Shown: one piece after another, positions 9,044 to 20,680 of the stretch
How positions within the stretch are numbered: position 1 is the stretch's first letter
Layout: every line of letters starts with the position of its first letter
Sequence record: SRR9188676_3688
Length of the DNA stretch: 50,460 bases
Direction: 5' to 3' (one strand)
Made by a program: the position numbers and the translations under genes
The notes under the pieces: model-generated
What the model was told of the DNA's origin: nothing
What the model saw: the letters and a program-made list of their open reading frames with translations, nothing else
The model's database searches: none

Positions 9044-10411
9044 TTAAGCCGGCACGCCGTATAGGTCGTGATCGTCGGCGTCCTCGATCAGCACGTCGAA
9101 CATGTCGCCGGCTTTCCGCCCTTCGCCCACATCGCGCAGGAAGACATTACCGTCGATTTCCGGCGCGTCGGCTTGGGATCGCGCGGTGGCGCCGATGCTG
9201 CCATCGTCCTCGTCCGCCTCGCCCACTTCGTCGAGGATGACGGGCAGGACGCGACCGACTTTCGCCTGCAATTTGGCGGCGCTGATCGCGGCGGTCTTTT
9301 CCATGATCCGTTGATAGCGTTCTTCCTTGACCTCTTCGGGCACGGCGCCCGGCAGGTCATTGGCCGCAGCCCCCTCGACCGGTTCGAAGCGGAAGGCGCC
9401 GACGCGGTCCAGTTGCGCTTCGTCCAGCCAGTCGAGCAGATATTGGAAATCCGCCTCCGTCTCGCCGGGGAAGCCGACCACGAAGCTGGAACGGATCGCG
9501 ATGTCCGGGCAGATGTCGCGCCATTTGGCGATACGGCTCAGCACCTTGGCTTCGTTGGCGGGGCGCTTCATCGCCTTCAGCACGCTCGGCGACGCATGCT
9601 GGAACGGAATGTCCAGATAGGGCGTCAGCAGCCCCTCGGCCATCAGCGGAATGACCTGATCGACATGGGGGTAGGGGTAGACATAGTGCAACCGCACCCA
9701 TGGCGCCTTGCCCTCGGCCGTGCGCAACTGGCCGAGTTCGCGCGCCATGTCGGTCATGTGCGCGCGGACCTCGCGGCCCTTCCACATGCGCGGATCGTGG
9801 CGCGTGTCGACGCCATAGGCCGACGTATCCTGGCTGATGACCAGCAATTCCTTGGTGCCGGCCGCGACCAGCTTCTCCGCTTCACGCAGCACCGCGTCGA
9901 TGCGCCGCGACACCAGATCGCCACGGATCGAGGGGATGATGCAGAAGGAGCAGCGATGGTTGCAGCCTTCCGAAATCTTCAGATAGCTGTAATGGCGTGG
10001 CGTCAGCTTCAGCCCGCCTTCGGGGACCAGATCGACGAAGGCGTTGGGGATGGGCGGCGACGCGTCATGCACCGCATTGACCACCTGCTCATATTGATGC
10101 GCGCCGGTGATGGCCAGCACTTGCGGGAATTTGGCGCGGATCACATCCGCTTCGTCGCCCATGCAGCCTGTCACGATGACCCGGCCATTTTCCGCCATCG
10201 CCTCGCCGATCGCCTCCAGCGATTCCTCCTTGGCGGAATCCAGGAAGCCGCAGGTGTTGACCAGCACGACGTCGGCGCCGGCATAGTCGGCGGACATCTG
10301 ATAGCCGTCGGAGCGCAGCTTGGTCAGGATACGTTCGGAGTCCACAAGGTTCTTGGGACAGCCGAGCGAAACCATGCCGATTTTCGGCGCGTCTGGGATT
10401 TTGGTTGCCAT
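9044..10411 (-). CDS. rimO: Ribosomal protein S12 methylthiotransferase
   Basis: [17 protein letters not shown], radical [11 protein letters not shown], and a TRAM domain with DAPEIDG. Confidence 0.97.
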   Translation of the reverse strand: MATKIPDAPKIGMVSLGCPKNLVDSERILTKLRSDGYQMSADYAGADVVLVNTCGFLDSAKEESLEAIGEAMAENGRVIVTGCMGDEADVIRAKFPQVLAITGAHQYEQVVNAVHDASPPIPNAFVDLVPEGGLKLTPRHYSYLKISEGCNHRCSFCIIPSIRGDLVSRRIDAVLREAEKLVAAGTKELLVISQDTSAYGVDTRHDPRMWKGREVRAHMTDMARELGQLRTAEGKAPWVRLHYVYPYPHVDQVIPLMAEGLLTPYLDIPFQHASPSVLKAMKRPANEAKVLSRIAKWRDICPDIAIRSSFVVGFPGETEADFQYLLDWLDEAQLDRVGAFRFEPVEGAAANDLPGAVPEEVKEERYQRIMEKTAAISAAKLQAKVGRVLPVILDEVGEADEDDGSIGATARSQADAPEIDGNVFLRDVGEGRKAGDMFDVLIEDADDHDLYGVPA

Positions 10412-10461
10412 GATCGCCGCGCACATAGGGATTTTTACGGCAAATGTCACGGGGGGCCGCG

Positions 10462-10506
10462 AAAATGAGCAGAGGCGCGCCTTTGCCGACGCGCCTCCGC
10501 TGTTTT
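10462..10506. terminator. Hairpin downstream of the TonB receptor gene
   Basis: gcagaggcgcg ... cgcgcctccgc, flanked by A/T runs. Confidence 0.55.
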
Positions 10507-10522
10507 CAAGCGACTGGATCGC

Positions 10523-13348
10523 TTACATTTTATAGGACAGGCGCAGATAGCCGAACTGGCCGGGCACGTCATAGCTGGTCGTGTCGAAATTCGCCCCGTC
10601 GCAGGTGCCGCACAGTGGCGGATCGCGATCGAACAGATTGTTCACGCCGATCGTGAAGCGCGCGCGGTGATCCATCCAGCCGGGCGAGAAATAGGCCTGG
10701 ATGTCGCCGTAGAAGGTCGCCTTCATGACGTTGCCGTCGCTTTCGGTCACCTTGCTCAGATACCGGCCGGTGAAGGACAGGCCATAGGCTTCGGTCGAAT
10801 AGTCCAGCGTGGCATTCGCCTTGAAGTGCGGATAGGCCTGATCGCTCGACCCGCAGCGTTCCGTACCGGCGCATTTGATCGTCGGTGCGCCCAGATCGGC
10901 TGGCGGCTTGATGTTATACTTCAACAGATAGGCGGCGTTGACGTTCAGGCCGATCGATCCGTTGCCGACCATCTTCGATCGATAGTTGAGCGTGCCGTCG
11001 ATCCCGTCCGTCTCGATCGCATTGAGGTTCTGGAGCACGCCGTTGATGCCTGCAACCGCGCCGCTGCCGGTGCGACTGATGGCGGCGCAGCTGATCGGAT
11101 CGGCCTCGAACGCACAGCGTTGGAGCGTCAATGTCGCGGGGACCGAGTCGATCGCATTCTTCAGCGTGATCGTGTAATAATTGACCTCGATGCTGAACTG
11201 GCTGGCGAAGCTGTCGCGCGCCCAGGCGGGGCTATAGACGCCACCTGCCGTCCAGGTCTTGGACGTTTCCGGCTTCAGGCCGATAAAGCCTTGGGAGAAG
11301 ACGCCCAACTGGCCGCCCTGCGGTTCCGCATAGCTGCCGCTGGCCGGCACGCCATTGGCGATGCAGTTGGCCCGCACGGTGGCATTGGTCTGCCATGCGC
11401 TGCCCGCCACATTGGTGCAGGGGTCGTTGATCGTTGCGTCGGTGCGCGACCGGCCGGCATAGAGTTCGCCGATGCTGGGCGCGCGCAGGCTTTCGGCATA
11501 GCCGCCGCGTAGCAGCAGGTCGCGCGTCGGCTTCCACAGCCCCGACACGGTATAGGTCGTGTTGCTGCCAAAGCTGCTGTAATTGGAATGACGCACCGCG
11601 CCGTCCAGCTCCAGCTTGTGGAAGAAGGGCGTGTTGGCCAGGATCGGGATGCGCAGCTCGCCGTAAAATTCATCGACGTTGAAACCGCCCCGTGCCGGAC
11701 TGGTCGGCACGTCCGCGCCCAGACCTGCGGTGATGATCGGGTCGGGCGTGTAGGACGCCTGCTGATCGCGATGTTCGTAACCGATGGCAAAGCCCACCGG
11801 CCCGCCCGGCAGGTCGAACAGGTCGCCCGAAAGGTTAGCGGTCACGTCCCACAATTCCTGTTCGCTGCGGTCCCGCTGGTCGAACGTCACATAGTCTAGC
11901 ATCGCCTGCGTGATCGACCCTGCGCCGCCGAAAATGTTGAACGGTACGCAGGCACCTGTGCAGCCCGCTACCGGACCCAGCGCCTGGGCCAGCTTGGCGG
12001 CATTCAGGTTGCCGGTAAAGGTCTGATGCGCATTGTTGGTGCCGTAACTGCCATTGACGTCCCAATACCATTTGCGGTCGCCGGCATCGAACGTGCCTTC
12101 CAGCGTCGCCGCCATGGTCAGCGTATCGACTTCCTGGCTGAAGATGCGGGGGCCACCCTCCACGAAGCGGCGGCGGATGGTCGAATAATTGGCCGGCGTA
12201 CCGTTCGCGCCGGAAGACAAGGTCACGCCGAACGGGTTGAACGGGTTGCTGGCATCGACCGAAATGGTGTCGAGCAAATTGCCGTTGCCTGCATCCGGCC
12301 CGATGAACAGCGGCAGGAACGCCGCCTGCGTGGTGGATTCGCGATGCTGATAGACCAGCCGCGTGCGAAGGCTGACGGCATCGGAAAATTCGAACTTGCC
12401 GTTCAGGAAGGCGCCGTAGCGTTCCGACGGGGTCAGCAGATAATTATAGGGCGAAAAATTGAAGGAGTCGGTCGACGAATTATAGGCGCGATAGTCGCTC
12501 CGCACCGGCGCGCGGCCGATGATCGGGCTGCCGAGCGTCAGGCTTTGCCCCAGCACGTCGTAGCGACCGTTTGGCGTGGCGCTGGAACAGCCGCCATCGG
12601 CGCAACTGCTGCCACCTGCCGCGGGCCATTGCGATATGGAGCGATCGGCGGTGCTGACCCCCTCCTGCTTCACATAATTGCCACCGACGACGACGGAGAC
12701 GCGGTCGCCCTGGAAACCATAGCTGGCATTGATATCATAGGTATGCCCGTCGCCCTGGCGATAGGTGCCGAACTGGGCCGACATGTCGAGGCCCTTTTGC
12801 GACTGGCGGGTGATGATGTTCACTACACCTGCGACCGCATCCGACCCGTAAAGCGGGGAGGCGCCCGATTGCAGCACTTCCACCCGCTCGATCATGCTTT
12901 GCGGAATGGTGTTGAGGTCGACCGAGGCCGGGATGCCGCCTGCTGCCGATCCGTTGACGTAACGCATGCCATCGACCAGCACCAGCGTGCGCTTGGCGCC
13001 CAGATAGCGCAGGTCGATTTCGGCCGAACCCGAAGACACGCCGGTGCCGTCGGGCGGTCCGCCGATATTGCCGGCATTGTTGGTCTTGGTATTGAGGCCA
13101 CCCGCTGCGCTGGGGATGCGTTGCAGCACGTCGGCAACGGAGGTCAGGCCGGTGCGGGCGATCGCCTGCTGGTCGACCGTGACGATCGGCTTGTCCTGGT
13201 CCAGGGGATCTCTGCGGATGCGCGATCCGGTGACGATGATCGCGGCGCCATCTTCGGCTTGCGGTTCGACGGATTGGGCGAAGGCGGGAACGGTCCAGGC
13301 GACGACGGACAGCATGACGCCGCATTGCAAGGCACTTTTAAAGCGCAT
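10523..13348 (-). CDS. TonB-dependent receptor (Cys-rich loops)
   Basis: Signal peptide, IIVTGSRI TonB-box region, plug motifs RTLVLVDG and [21 protein letters not shown]-terminal beta-strand. Confidence 0.95.
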   Translation of the reverse strand: MRFKSALQCGVMLSVVAWTVPAFAQSVEPQAEDGAAIIVTGSRIRRDPLDQDKPIVTVDQQAIARTGLTSVADVLQRIPSAAGGLNTKTNNAGNIGGPPDGTGVSSGSAEIDLRYLGAKRTLVLVDGMRYVNGSAAGGIPASVDLNTIPQSMIERVEVLQSGASPLYGSDAVAGVVNIITRQSQKGLDMSAQFGTYRQGDGHTYDINASYGFQGDRVSVVVGGNYVKQEGVSTADRSISQWPAAGGSSCADGGCSSATPNGRYDVLGQSLTLGSPIIGRAPVRSDYRAYNSSTDSFNFSPYNYLLTPSERYGAFLNGKFEFSDAVSLRTRLVYQHRESTTQAAFLPLFIGPDAGNGNLLDTISVDASNPFNPFGVTLSSGANGTPANYSTIRRRFVEGGPRIFSQEVDTLTMAATLEGTFDAGDRKWYWDVNGSYGTNNAHQTFTGNLNAAKLAQALGPVAGCTGACVPFNIFGGAGSITQAMLDYVTFDQRDRSEQELWDVTANLSGDLFDLPGGPVGFAIGYEHRDQQASYTPDPIITAGLGADVPTSPARGGFNVDEFYGELRIPILANTPFFHKLELDGAVRHSNYSSFGSNTTYTVSGLWKPTRDLLLRGGYAESLRAPSIGELYAGRSRTDATINDPCTNVAGSAWQTNATVRANCIANGVPASGSYAEPQGGQLGVFSQGFIGLKPETSKTWTAGGVYSPAWARDSFASQFSIEVNYYTITLKNAIDSVPATLTLQRCAFEADPISCAAISRTGSGAVAGINGVLQNLNAIETDGIDGTLNYRSKMVGNGSIGLNVNAAYLLKYNIKPPADLGAPTIKCAGTERCGSSDQAYPHFKANATLDYSTEAYGLSFTGRYLSKVTESDGNVMKATFYGDIQAYFSPGWMDHRARFTIGVNNLFDRDPPLCGTCDGANFDTTSYDVPGQFGYLRLSYKM

Positions 13349-13472
13349 GTTACACCCCTTTTTTCAGCGACCTGTCTGGCACAGGTTCTGGGAAGGAGTG
13401 TTTGCGCTTTACAACAGTATAGCAATCGGGCTGGTGAACGACGTAAAAAAGTGTAGCGCTAATATTGCAAGC

Positions 13473-13490
13473 TGTTGCCGCGCTGCAACA
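13473..13490. promoter_or_regulatory. Palindromic operator-like site upstream of the TonB receptor
   Basis: TGTTGC-N6-GCAACA. Confidence 0.4.
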
Positions 13491-13519
13491 AAAGTAAACG
13501 CTTCGTCTCTGTTAAGGCT

Positions 13520-14569
13520 CTATTTGTCGGACTTGCCGTCATCGCCTTCCGTCACCTCGATGATGAGGTCGCCGGTCTGGAGCCGCGCCGCGCCCTCCTC
13601 CCAGAAACCGATCGGCCGATCCTCACGATAGATGCGCAGGCCGATGCCGGTCTTGATCGCCGATAGAGGCCCGCCAATCTCCTGTGGCAGTACGGCGCGT
13701 TCGTTGAGTTTGATACGCCCGCCGGTCGCGGCAAGGTCGGTCATATAATCCGCGATATGCCGCCCGCTCGTGCTGCCTGCCAGCAGCAGGCCGGCAAAGC
13801 TGACCGGGTTGATCACGGTGGTGGCGCCCGCCTGCCGCGCGGGCAGTTCGTTATCCTCGTTCCGCACCACGATGCTGATCGGCAGGCGCGGCGCCAGATG
13901 CCGCGCCGTCAGGGTTATCAGGATGGACGTATCGTCCCGCCCCGCCGATACGATCATATTGCGCGCTCGATGGATGGCGACGTCCTTCAACGTCTTGTCC
14001 CGCGTGGAATCGCCGCACAGGATATTGCATCCCTGCGCCTCCGCCAGCGCTAGCGCCTTTTCATTGCCGTCGATGACGACGATCTCGCGCGGGTCGGTGC
14101 CGCGGGCGAGCAGTTCGTTCACCGCTTCCTGCCCGCTGGTGCCGAAGCCGGTGACGATGATATGATTGTGCAGATCGGCCTGAATACGTGCCATGCGCCA
14201 CCTGTAGAGGATGTTGCGGAGGAAGAGATTATAGGCCGTGCCTAGGAAGATCAGCCAGACGAACAATCGGATCGGCGTCACGAAGATGGATTCGAACAGC
14301 CTCGCTTCCGGCGTCACGGGCACGATGTCGCCATAGCCCACCGTCGTGACGGTCACGGTGGTGAAGTAGAGGACGTCGATGAAGCTGATCTGATTGTCGT
14401 AATTGTCCTTCAGCCCGTCCCGCCCGACCCAGTGGAGCAGCAGCACCAGCGCGATCAGGCCGAAGACCAGCCCAAGCCGCCAGACCAGATCGGCCCAGAG
14501 CGGCAGGGACGATCGCCGTCGCAGGAAGCCCGCTGTGGCTGAGGACGCGATCGGCTGGCTGATCCTCAT
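13520..14569 (-). CDS. Potassium channel protein with TrkA-N (RCK) domain
   Basis: Selectivity filter TTVGYGD; Rossmann-like IIVTGFGTSG. Confidence 0.95.
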   Translation of the reverse strand: MRISQPIASSATAGFLRRRSSLPLWADLVWRLGLVFGLIALVLLLHWVGRDGLKDNYDNQISFIDVLYFTTVTVTTVGYGDIVPVTPEARLFESIFVTPIRLFVWLIFLGTAYNLFLRNILYRWRMARIQADLHNHIIVTGFGTSGQEAVNELLARGTDPREIVVIDGNEKALALAEAQGCNILCGDSTRDKTLKDVAIHRARNMIVSAGRDDTSILITLTARHLAPRLPISIVVRNEDNELPARQAGATTVINPVSFAGLLLAGSTSGRHIADYMTDLAATGGRIKLNERAVLPQEIGGPLSAIKTGIGLRIYREDRPIGFWEEGAARLQTGDLIIEVTEGDDGKSDK

Positions 14570-15612
14570 GCTGGGGGCAACTGAGGAATCGGGTTCACCG
14601 GCACACGGTCCTTGCGCAGTTCGAAATGCAGCTTGGGCTTGCTGGCATAGCCGGTATCGCCGGTCAGGCCGATAATCTGCCCTTTGGTGACCTTCTGTCC
14701 GCGCACCACGTCGACGCGGCTGGCATGGCCATAGGCGCTGACCCAGCTGCTGCCATGATTGATCAGCACCAGCCCGCCAAATACCGCCACCTTGTCCCCC
14801 GCATAGGCGACGACGCCGTCGGCGCTGGCACGGATCGGCGTCGCCATCGGCGTGGCGATGTCGATGCCATTATTCTTTGCGCCGCTTTCGCCGGGGCCGA
14901 AGCGAGACAGGATGGTGCCCTTAACCGGCCAGGCAAAGCTGCCGGCGAAGCGTGCGGGCTGCGCCGCCGGCACGTTGGAGGGCAGGGGCTTTGGCGTGCT
15001 GGATGCGACTGTTCTGGGCGCCTTGTCGGTCGTGGCGGGCTGGCCGCCGGTCAGCACGTCGTCAATGTCGATACGGAAGGCGGCCGCCCGCTGCTCGATG
15101 CTGCTGGGCGCGCGGGTGGGCGTGCTGCCGGGCAGCAGGAGCCGTTGGCCCCGGCGCAGGATATAGGGTTCCTCCAGCCCGTTGACGTCGACGATCTGCC
15201 GCCATGGCACGCCATAGGCCCCCGCGATGGCGATCCCCGTCTCTCCCTCCGCCACCAGATGATATCGTCCGCCGGGAATTTGCAGCCGTTGCCCGGCGCG
15301 CACGCCATAGGGCGGGGTCAGGCCATTGGCCTGCGCGATCGCTTCCGACCCGGCACCGGTCCGGTTGCCGATCCCGCGCAACGTATCGCCCGGCTGGACG
15401 ACATAGGTGGATGCGGCGACCGTGCGCGCGCTGGCCACCACCTGCTGCGCGGTCCAGACCGGCTGCGTTTCGGCCAGCTCCACACTGGACGCGTCCGCAT
15501 CCATGCGCGGCGGCGGTGTAGGGGCAGGATCGGCGCGATCCGCCTGATTGGGAATACAAGCCGCCAGCAAGAGCGGACCAAGGGGCAGGATCAGGAGAGA
15601 CGGGCGCTGCAT
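14566..15612 (-). CDS. LysM + M23 peptidase lipoprotein (NlpD/DipM-like)
   Basis: Lipobox LAAC, two LysM repeats, NNGIDI (degenerate HxxxD), SAYGH and LHFE. Confidence 0.92.
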   Translation of the reverse strand: MQRPSLLILPLGPLLLAACIPNQADRADPAPTPPPRMDADASSVELAETQPVWTAQQVVASARTVAASTYVVQPGDTLRGIGNRTGAGSEAIAQANGLTPPYGVRAGQRLQIPGGRYHLVAEGETGIAIAGAYGVPWRQIVDVNGLEEPYILRRGQRLLLPGSTPTRAPSSIEQRAAAFRIDIDDVLTGGQPATTDKAPRTVASSTPKPLPSNVPAAQPARFAGSFAWPVKGTILSRFGPGESGAKNNGIDIATPMATPIRASADGVVAYAGDKVAVFGGLVLINHGSSWVSAYGHASRVDVVRGQKVTKGQIIGLTGDTGYASKPKLHFELRKDRVPVNPIPQLPPA

Positions 15613-15691
15613 CGCGCTCTGTTTATCTAATCCTGCCATGGTTTCCAGCCTTTTAGGGAAGGGCCAGGGGGGAGGTTGATTTTTACCTCAC

Positions 15692-15766
15692 CCGCTCGTT
15701 TCGAGCGAAGTCGAGAAACTGGAAGCGCGGCGCCAGACACTTCTCGACTTCGCTCGAAGCGAACGG
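15692..15766. repeat. Intergenic palindromic repeat doublet (same family as 2020-2086 and 30282-30354)
   Basis: ccgctcgtttcgagcgaagtcgagaaac ... ttctcgacttcgctcgaagcgaacgg. Confidence 0.8.
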
Positions 15767-15847
15767 AAATGGTTGGCAAGATAACGAACTTGGCGCCGCG
15801 CTTTTTACCTGTGCAACTCGCTGTCGCACATCGCGCAGACTATCGCC

Positions 15848-17134
<1,287 letters not shown>

Positions 17135-17158
17135 CTATGCCGCCGTGCGACGAACCGC

Positions 17159-17183
17159 GCAACCCTGTGCGCCGCCGTCCGTT
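17159..17183 (+). promoter_or_regulatory. Putative EcfG promoter
   Basis: GCAAC-N16-CGTT, about 35 bp upstream of the ATG at 17219. Confidence 0.55.
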
Positions 17184-17218
17184 GGTTCTGCATCGACGAA
17201 AAAGCAAAGGAGACGGCG

Positions 17219-17656
17219 ATGCAGATCGATCATGACGCGATGATATTGGTGGCGGACGGCCGCAAGCTGCTCTTTTTCCGCAACAAGGGCGATAGCGCCT
17301 ATCCCCAGTTGGAGGCGGAAACGGTCGAGGTGCAGGATAATCCGTCTCATCTGGAACAGGCGTCGGACAGGGCCGGTCAATCTTCCTCCACCGGCACCGC
17401 GTCCGGCACGATGGGTGAGAATAATTTCCATGAACTGGAGGAGCAGCGCTTCGCCGCCCATGCGGCCGACCTTTTGAAGCGTCGCGCCTTCGCGCAGGAT
17501 TATGAAAAGCTGATCATCGTCGCGCCGCCATCGGCGCTCGGCGAAATGCGCAAGCATCTGCATAAGGAAGTGCAGGGCCGACTGGTGGGAGAGATCGCCA
17601 AGGATCTGACCAATCACCCAGTGGGCGAGATCGAAAAGCTGATCGCGGCCAGTTAA
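17219..17656 (+). CDS. Host-attachment family protein (AtsE/baeRF12-like, eRF1 domain-2-like)
   Basis: ILVADGRK..FRNKG, E-x-RFA, LIIVAPP..LG.MR and KDLTNHP; RBS aaggag. Confidence 0.88.
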   Translation: MQIDHDAMILVADGRKLLFFRNKGDSAYPQLEAETVEVQDNPSHLEQASDRAGQSSSTGTASGTMGENNFHELEEQRFAAHAADLLKRRAFAQDYEKLIIVAPPSALGEMRKHLHKEVQGRLVGEIAKDLTNHPVGEIEKLIAAS

Positions 17657-17680
17657 AAGGGCATTTGCTTTGTACAGATG

Positions 17681-17720
17681 AAAAAGGGGCGGCCCCGATA
17701 GACGGAGCCGCCCCTTTTTT
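17681..17720. terminator. Bidirectional intrinsic terminator
   Basis: aaaaaggggcggc...gccgcccctttttt between convergent genes. Confidence 0.85.
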
Positions 17721-17737
17721 CACGCGCCGTTCCGCTG

Positions 17738-19030
17738 TCAGGCGGCGGCTTGCGCCTTGCGTTCGGCAAAGCGGCGCCGGGCGATAAGTGCCACGGCGGC
17801 CGCACCAAACAGGAGCACCATGGGCGGCGCCGGAACATCCGTGCCCCCTGTGCTACCACCCGAGCCCCCGCTCGAGCCGCTGGACGACGAGCTGCTGCTC
17901 GAAGAGGAAGAGGAGGAGCCGCTAGACCCGGAGCTGCCGCTGGAGCCGCTCGATCCGCTGCTGCCCGAACTGCCGTTGCTGCCGCCCGTGCTGCCGAAGC
18001 TGGACGATCCGCCCGACGAGGAGCTGCTGGACGAGGAGGAGCCGGACGACGAAGAGCTGGACGACCCGCCATCGGACGACGACCCGCCGCTGGAACCCGA
18101 ACTGCCCGAAGACCCGCTGCTGCCGCTCGATCCGGAAGAACCGCTGGAGCCAGAGGAGCCGCTCGACCCGGAAGAGCCGCTGCTGCTGGACGATCCGCTA
18201 GATCCGCTCGACCCACTGGAACCGCTCGATCCCGACGACCCGCTGGACCCTGAAGATCCAGACGAACCGCTGCTGCCGCTGGAGCCCGACCCGCCGCTCG
18301 ACGTGCCATGGCCGGGCTTTCCAGGCTTGCCGCCGCTCGATCCACCCGAGCTGCTCGAAGAGGAGCTGGAGGATGAAGAGGACGAGCTGGAGCTGGACGA
18401 GGAAGAACTGCTGCTGACGCCCGAAGAGGTCGAGACGTTCCCCGAAGAGGTGGAGACGTTGCCGGACGAGGTGGACACATTGCCCGACGACGTCGAGACG
18501 CCACCGGTCGAGGTCGACACGCCGCCCGTCGAAGTGGAGACGCCACCCGTCGAGGTCGAAACGCCGCCGGTTGTCGAGCTGGTCGAACTGCTGATGCCGC
18601 CGGTCGAGCTGCTGGTCGAGGAGATGACGACCGATCCGCCACCGCTGCCACCACCGCCGCCGCCGAAGAAGCCGCCGATGAACCCGCCGCCGCCAAAGCC
18701 GCCGCCACCGCCCATCACGACCGGCACGGCCCCACCGCCGCCCGACATCATCGGCATTTCCGCCATCGGCATCGCCGCAGGCAGAGGAATGGGGGCAGGC
18801 TGGGTCGTGACGGTCACGACCTGCGGCGCTGCTGCCATGCGAACGGTCTTGACGACCTTGCGCTTCACGGTGCGGACGGCCAGCCTTTTCTTGGGCGCGG
18901 CCTTCACGCTCTTGTAGCTGTGCACCACGGCAGGGCGCGCGTTCTCCGCGACATGGACGGCACCGCCGCCAATGATCGCCCCGCCACAGGTGCAGGCGCA
19001 TAATTTCGCCAAAGCCATCCGAACCGACAT
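17738..19030 (-). CDS. Ser/Gly/Thr-rich low-complexity surface protein with a PEP-CTERM-like sorting signal
   Basis: C-terminal TDVPAPPMVLLFGAAAVALIARRR (VPxP + TM + basic cluster); N-terminal CACTC; heptad and SSG repeats. Confidence 0.85.
   Translation of the reverse strand: MSVRMALAKLCACTCGGAIIGGGAVHVAENARPAVVHSYKSVKAAPKKRLAVRTVKRKVVKTVRMAAAPQVVTVTTQPAPIPLPAAMPMAEMPMMSGGGGAVPVVMGGGGGFGGGGFIGGFFGGGGGGSGGGSVVISSTSSSTGGISSSTSSTTGGVSTSTGGVSTSTGGVSTSTGGVSTSSGNVSTSSGNVSTSSGNVSTSSGVSSSSSSSSSSSSSSSSSSSSSSSGGSSGGKPGKPGHGTSSGGSGSSGSSGSSGSSGSSGSSGSSGSSGSSGSSGSSSSSGSSGSSGSSGSSGSSGSSGSSGSSGSSGSSGGSSSDGGSSSSSSSGSSSSSSSSSGGSSSFGSTGGSNGSSGSSGSSGSSGSSGSSGSSSSSSSSSSSSSGSSGGSGGSTGGTDVPAPPMVLLFGAAAVALIARRRFAERKAQAAA
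18417..18580 (-). repeat. About 7-8 tandem 21-bp coding repeats (STS[T/S]G[G/N]V)
   Basis: Translation STSTGGV x3, STSSGNV x3 plus flanking variants, with synonymous divergence between units. Confidence 0.85.
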
Positions 19031-19456
19031 AGGATCTACTCTTTTCTCGTTACCCCCGTACCCTTTGCCGAATCCCCTTCAGCGCCAGGTTCACGGGAAC
19101 TTCCTATGCGTATAGAACGCAAAAGAAAGGGTTAACTGCAATCCCGTTAACCCTCAATATAGGGTTCGGGGCGCAGGAAAAGCTACTGTTTGCTGAAAGT
19201 AAATGGTTAACGTCCCACTATGAAACGGCCGGCGGTCAAGGTCTGAACGTGAGCGTGGGGCGCCTCGCCGCATATGTGCCGCACGCGCCAGTCGATGACA
19301 ACTCCTGTCATTTGTTGGAGAAAATCGCCTAAACCATGTTCCGAACCCTGGATTGCCCGCTTGTGTCGGCCTGCGCCGATGGCTATGAGGCCCGCACAAT
19401 CAATATTTGGGCGCCCGGAACATCAAGCGCCGGGGCCTGACGAGTCGGAGAGCCAG

Positions 19457-19921
19457 ATGGCATCGGTCCTGAATCCCGATAAAGACGGTGAAAAGCCGCC
19501 CAAATCGACTGTGACGCTTCCCGCCGATTACCGCCCGTCGGCTGACGAAGAATTTATGAATCCGCTTCAGCAGGAATATTTCCGCCAGCGCCTTTGGGAC
19601 TGGAAGAAGCAGATCCTGACCGAAGCGGAAGGCACGCTGGCCGTGCTGCAGAATGAACCGCTTCGCGAGCCCGACCTTAACGACCGTGCGTCGAGCGAGA
19701 CGGACTGGTCGATCGAACTGCGCACCCGCGATCGTCAGCGCAAACTCATCTCCAAGATCGACGCAGCTTTGCGCCGCATCGACGACGGCGAATATGGTTA
19801 TTGCGAAGTGACCGGCGAACCCATTTCGCTGGGCCGGCTGGAAGCCCGTCCGATCGCGACCATGACCGTAGAGGCGCAGGAGCGTCATGAGCGGCAGGAA
19901 AAGATATCGCGCGACGATTAA
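19457..19921 (+). CDS. dksA: RNA polymerase-binding protein DksA (single-Cys alphaproteobacterial type)
   Basis: EEFMNPLQQEYFR, coiled-coil tip PDLNDRASSE, YGYCEVTGEPI..RLEARP. Confidence 0.96.
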   Translation: MASVLNPDKDGEKPPKSTVTLPADYRPSADEEFMNPLQQEYFRQRLWDWKKQILTEAEGTLAVLQNEPLREPDLNDRASSETDWSIELRTRDRQRKLISKIDAALRRIDDGEYGYCEVTGEPISLGRLEARPIATMTVEAQERHERQEKISRDD

Positions 19922-19986
19922 CGGTTTTTCCATCAACCCATGGTTATAATGGCGCTATTACTGCTTTCTTGACCATGGGTTGCTGC

Positions 19987-20355
19987 ATGAACGACGAACG
20001 GGATATTTCGGGCCGGGGGCCGGCGCGCGCTGCGCCGCGTGATAGCCTGTTCCTGCTCACCACCCTCAGCACGCCGGATGGCGTTCAACTGGGCAAGGCG
20101 CGCGTTCGTAATCTGTCCTCCACCGGCCTGATGGCCGACTGCGAACGGGCCGTGCCCGCCAGCATCCAGATCATCTGCGAATTGCGGGGTGTCGGTCAGG
20201 TTACCGGTACGGTCGCCTGGTCACGCGAAGAAAAGATCGGTATCGCTTTTGACGAGCCGATCGACCCGCAACTGGCGCGCAAACCTGTTGGCACCGGCGC
20301 GCAGAAGATGCCCGATTATTTGCGTGTCCCTCAGCACGGTGCACCCCGCCGCTAA
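19987..20355 (+). CDS. PilZ-domain protein
   Basis: RxxxR (RAAPR) and NxSxxG (NLSSTG) c-di-GMP motifs; G.VAW....IGIAF. Confidence 0.88.
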   Translation: MNDERDISGRGPARAAPRDSLFLLTTLSTPDGVQLGKARVRNLSSTGLMADCERAVPASIQIICELRGVGQVTGTVAWSREEKIGIAFDEPIDPQLARKPVGTGAQKMPDYLRVPQHGAPRR

Positions 20356-20521
20356 CCGCGCGGTTAATCCATCCATGTAATGCGGTCCAGGCTTTGCAGC
20401 GTGTGCTTTGCGGCGGCGGAGTCTTTATCGACCTGCGGCCGCCTCACCCCATCAGTTTGAAGGGAGGGCCGACGATCTGCATCGCCCAGCCCTTACCTCC
20501 TTTATCGACTGTCGCTGCTTC

Positions 20522-20680
20522 TCAATGCTGCGCCGCCAACTCTTCCTTCAACCGCAATTTCTGCTTCTTGAGCGAGGCCACGAGGATGGCGTCGGGCATG
20601 GGCCGACTCGACTCCGCCTTGATTCGTGCTTCAAGGCCGGCATGCTTGGCTGAAAGGGCTGAGATGTGGCTATTTTCCAT
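20522..20680 (-). CDS. DUF465/YdcH family protein (52 aa, absent from the ORF track)
   Basis: Translated by hand: MENSHISALSAKHAGLEARIKAESSRPMPDAILVASLKKQKLRLKEELAAQH; RBS aaggag. Confidence 0.85.
   Translation of the reverse strand: MENSHISALSAKHAGLEARIKAESSRPMPDAILVASLKKQKLRLKEELAAQH

Noticed and set aside
17900-18600. Tandem repeats considered as a CRISPR array or as ice-nucleation repeats
   Set aside because: They are in-frame 9- and 21-bp coding repeats with no spacers or cas genes, and lack the AGYGSTxT 8/16/48 periodicity.
17757-18917. 386-aa Glu/Pro/Leu/Asp-rich ORF on the plus strand
   Set aside because: It is the antisense shadow of the Ser/Gly codon repeats; the minus-strand protein has the recognisable sorting signal.
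19457-19921. DksA with a single Cys instead of a four-Cys zinc finger
   Set aside because: Known, normal state for many alphaproteobacterial DksA proteins.
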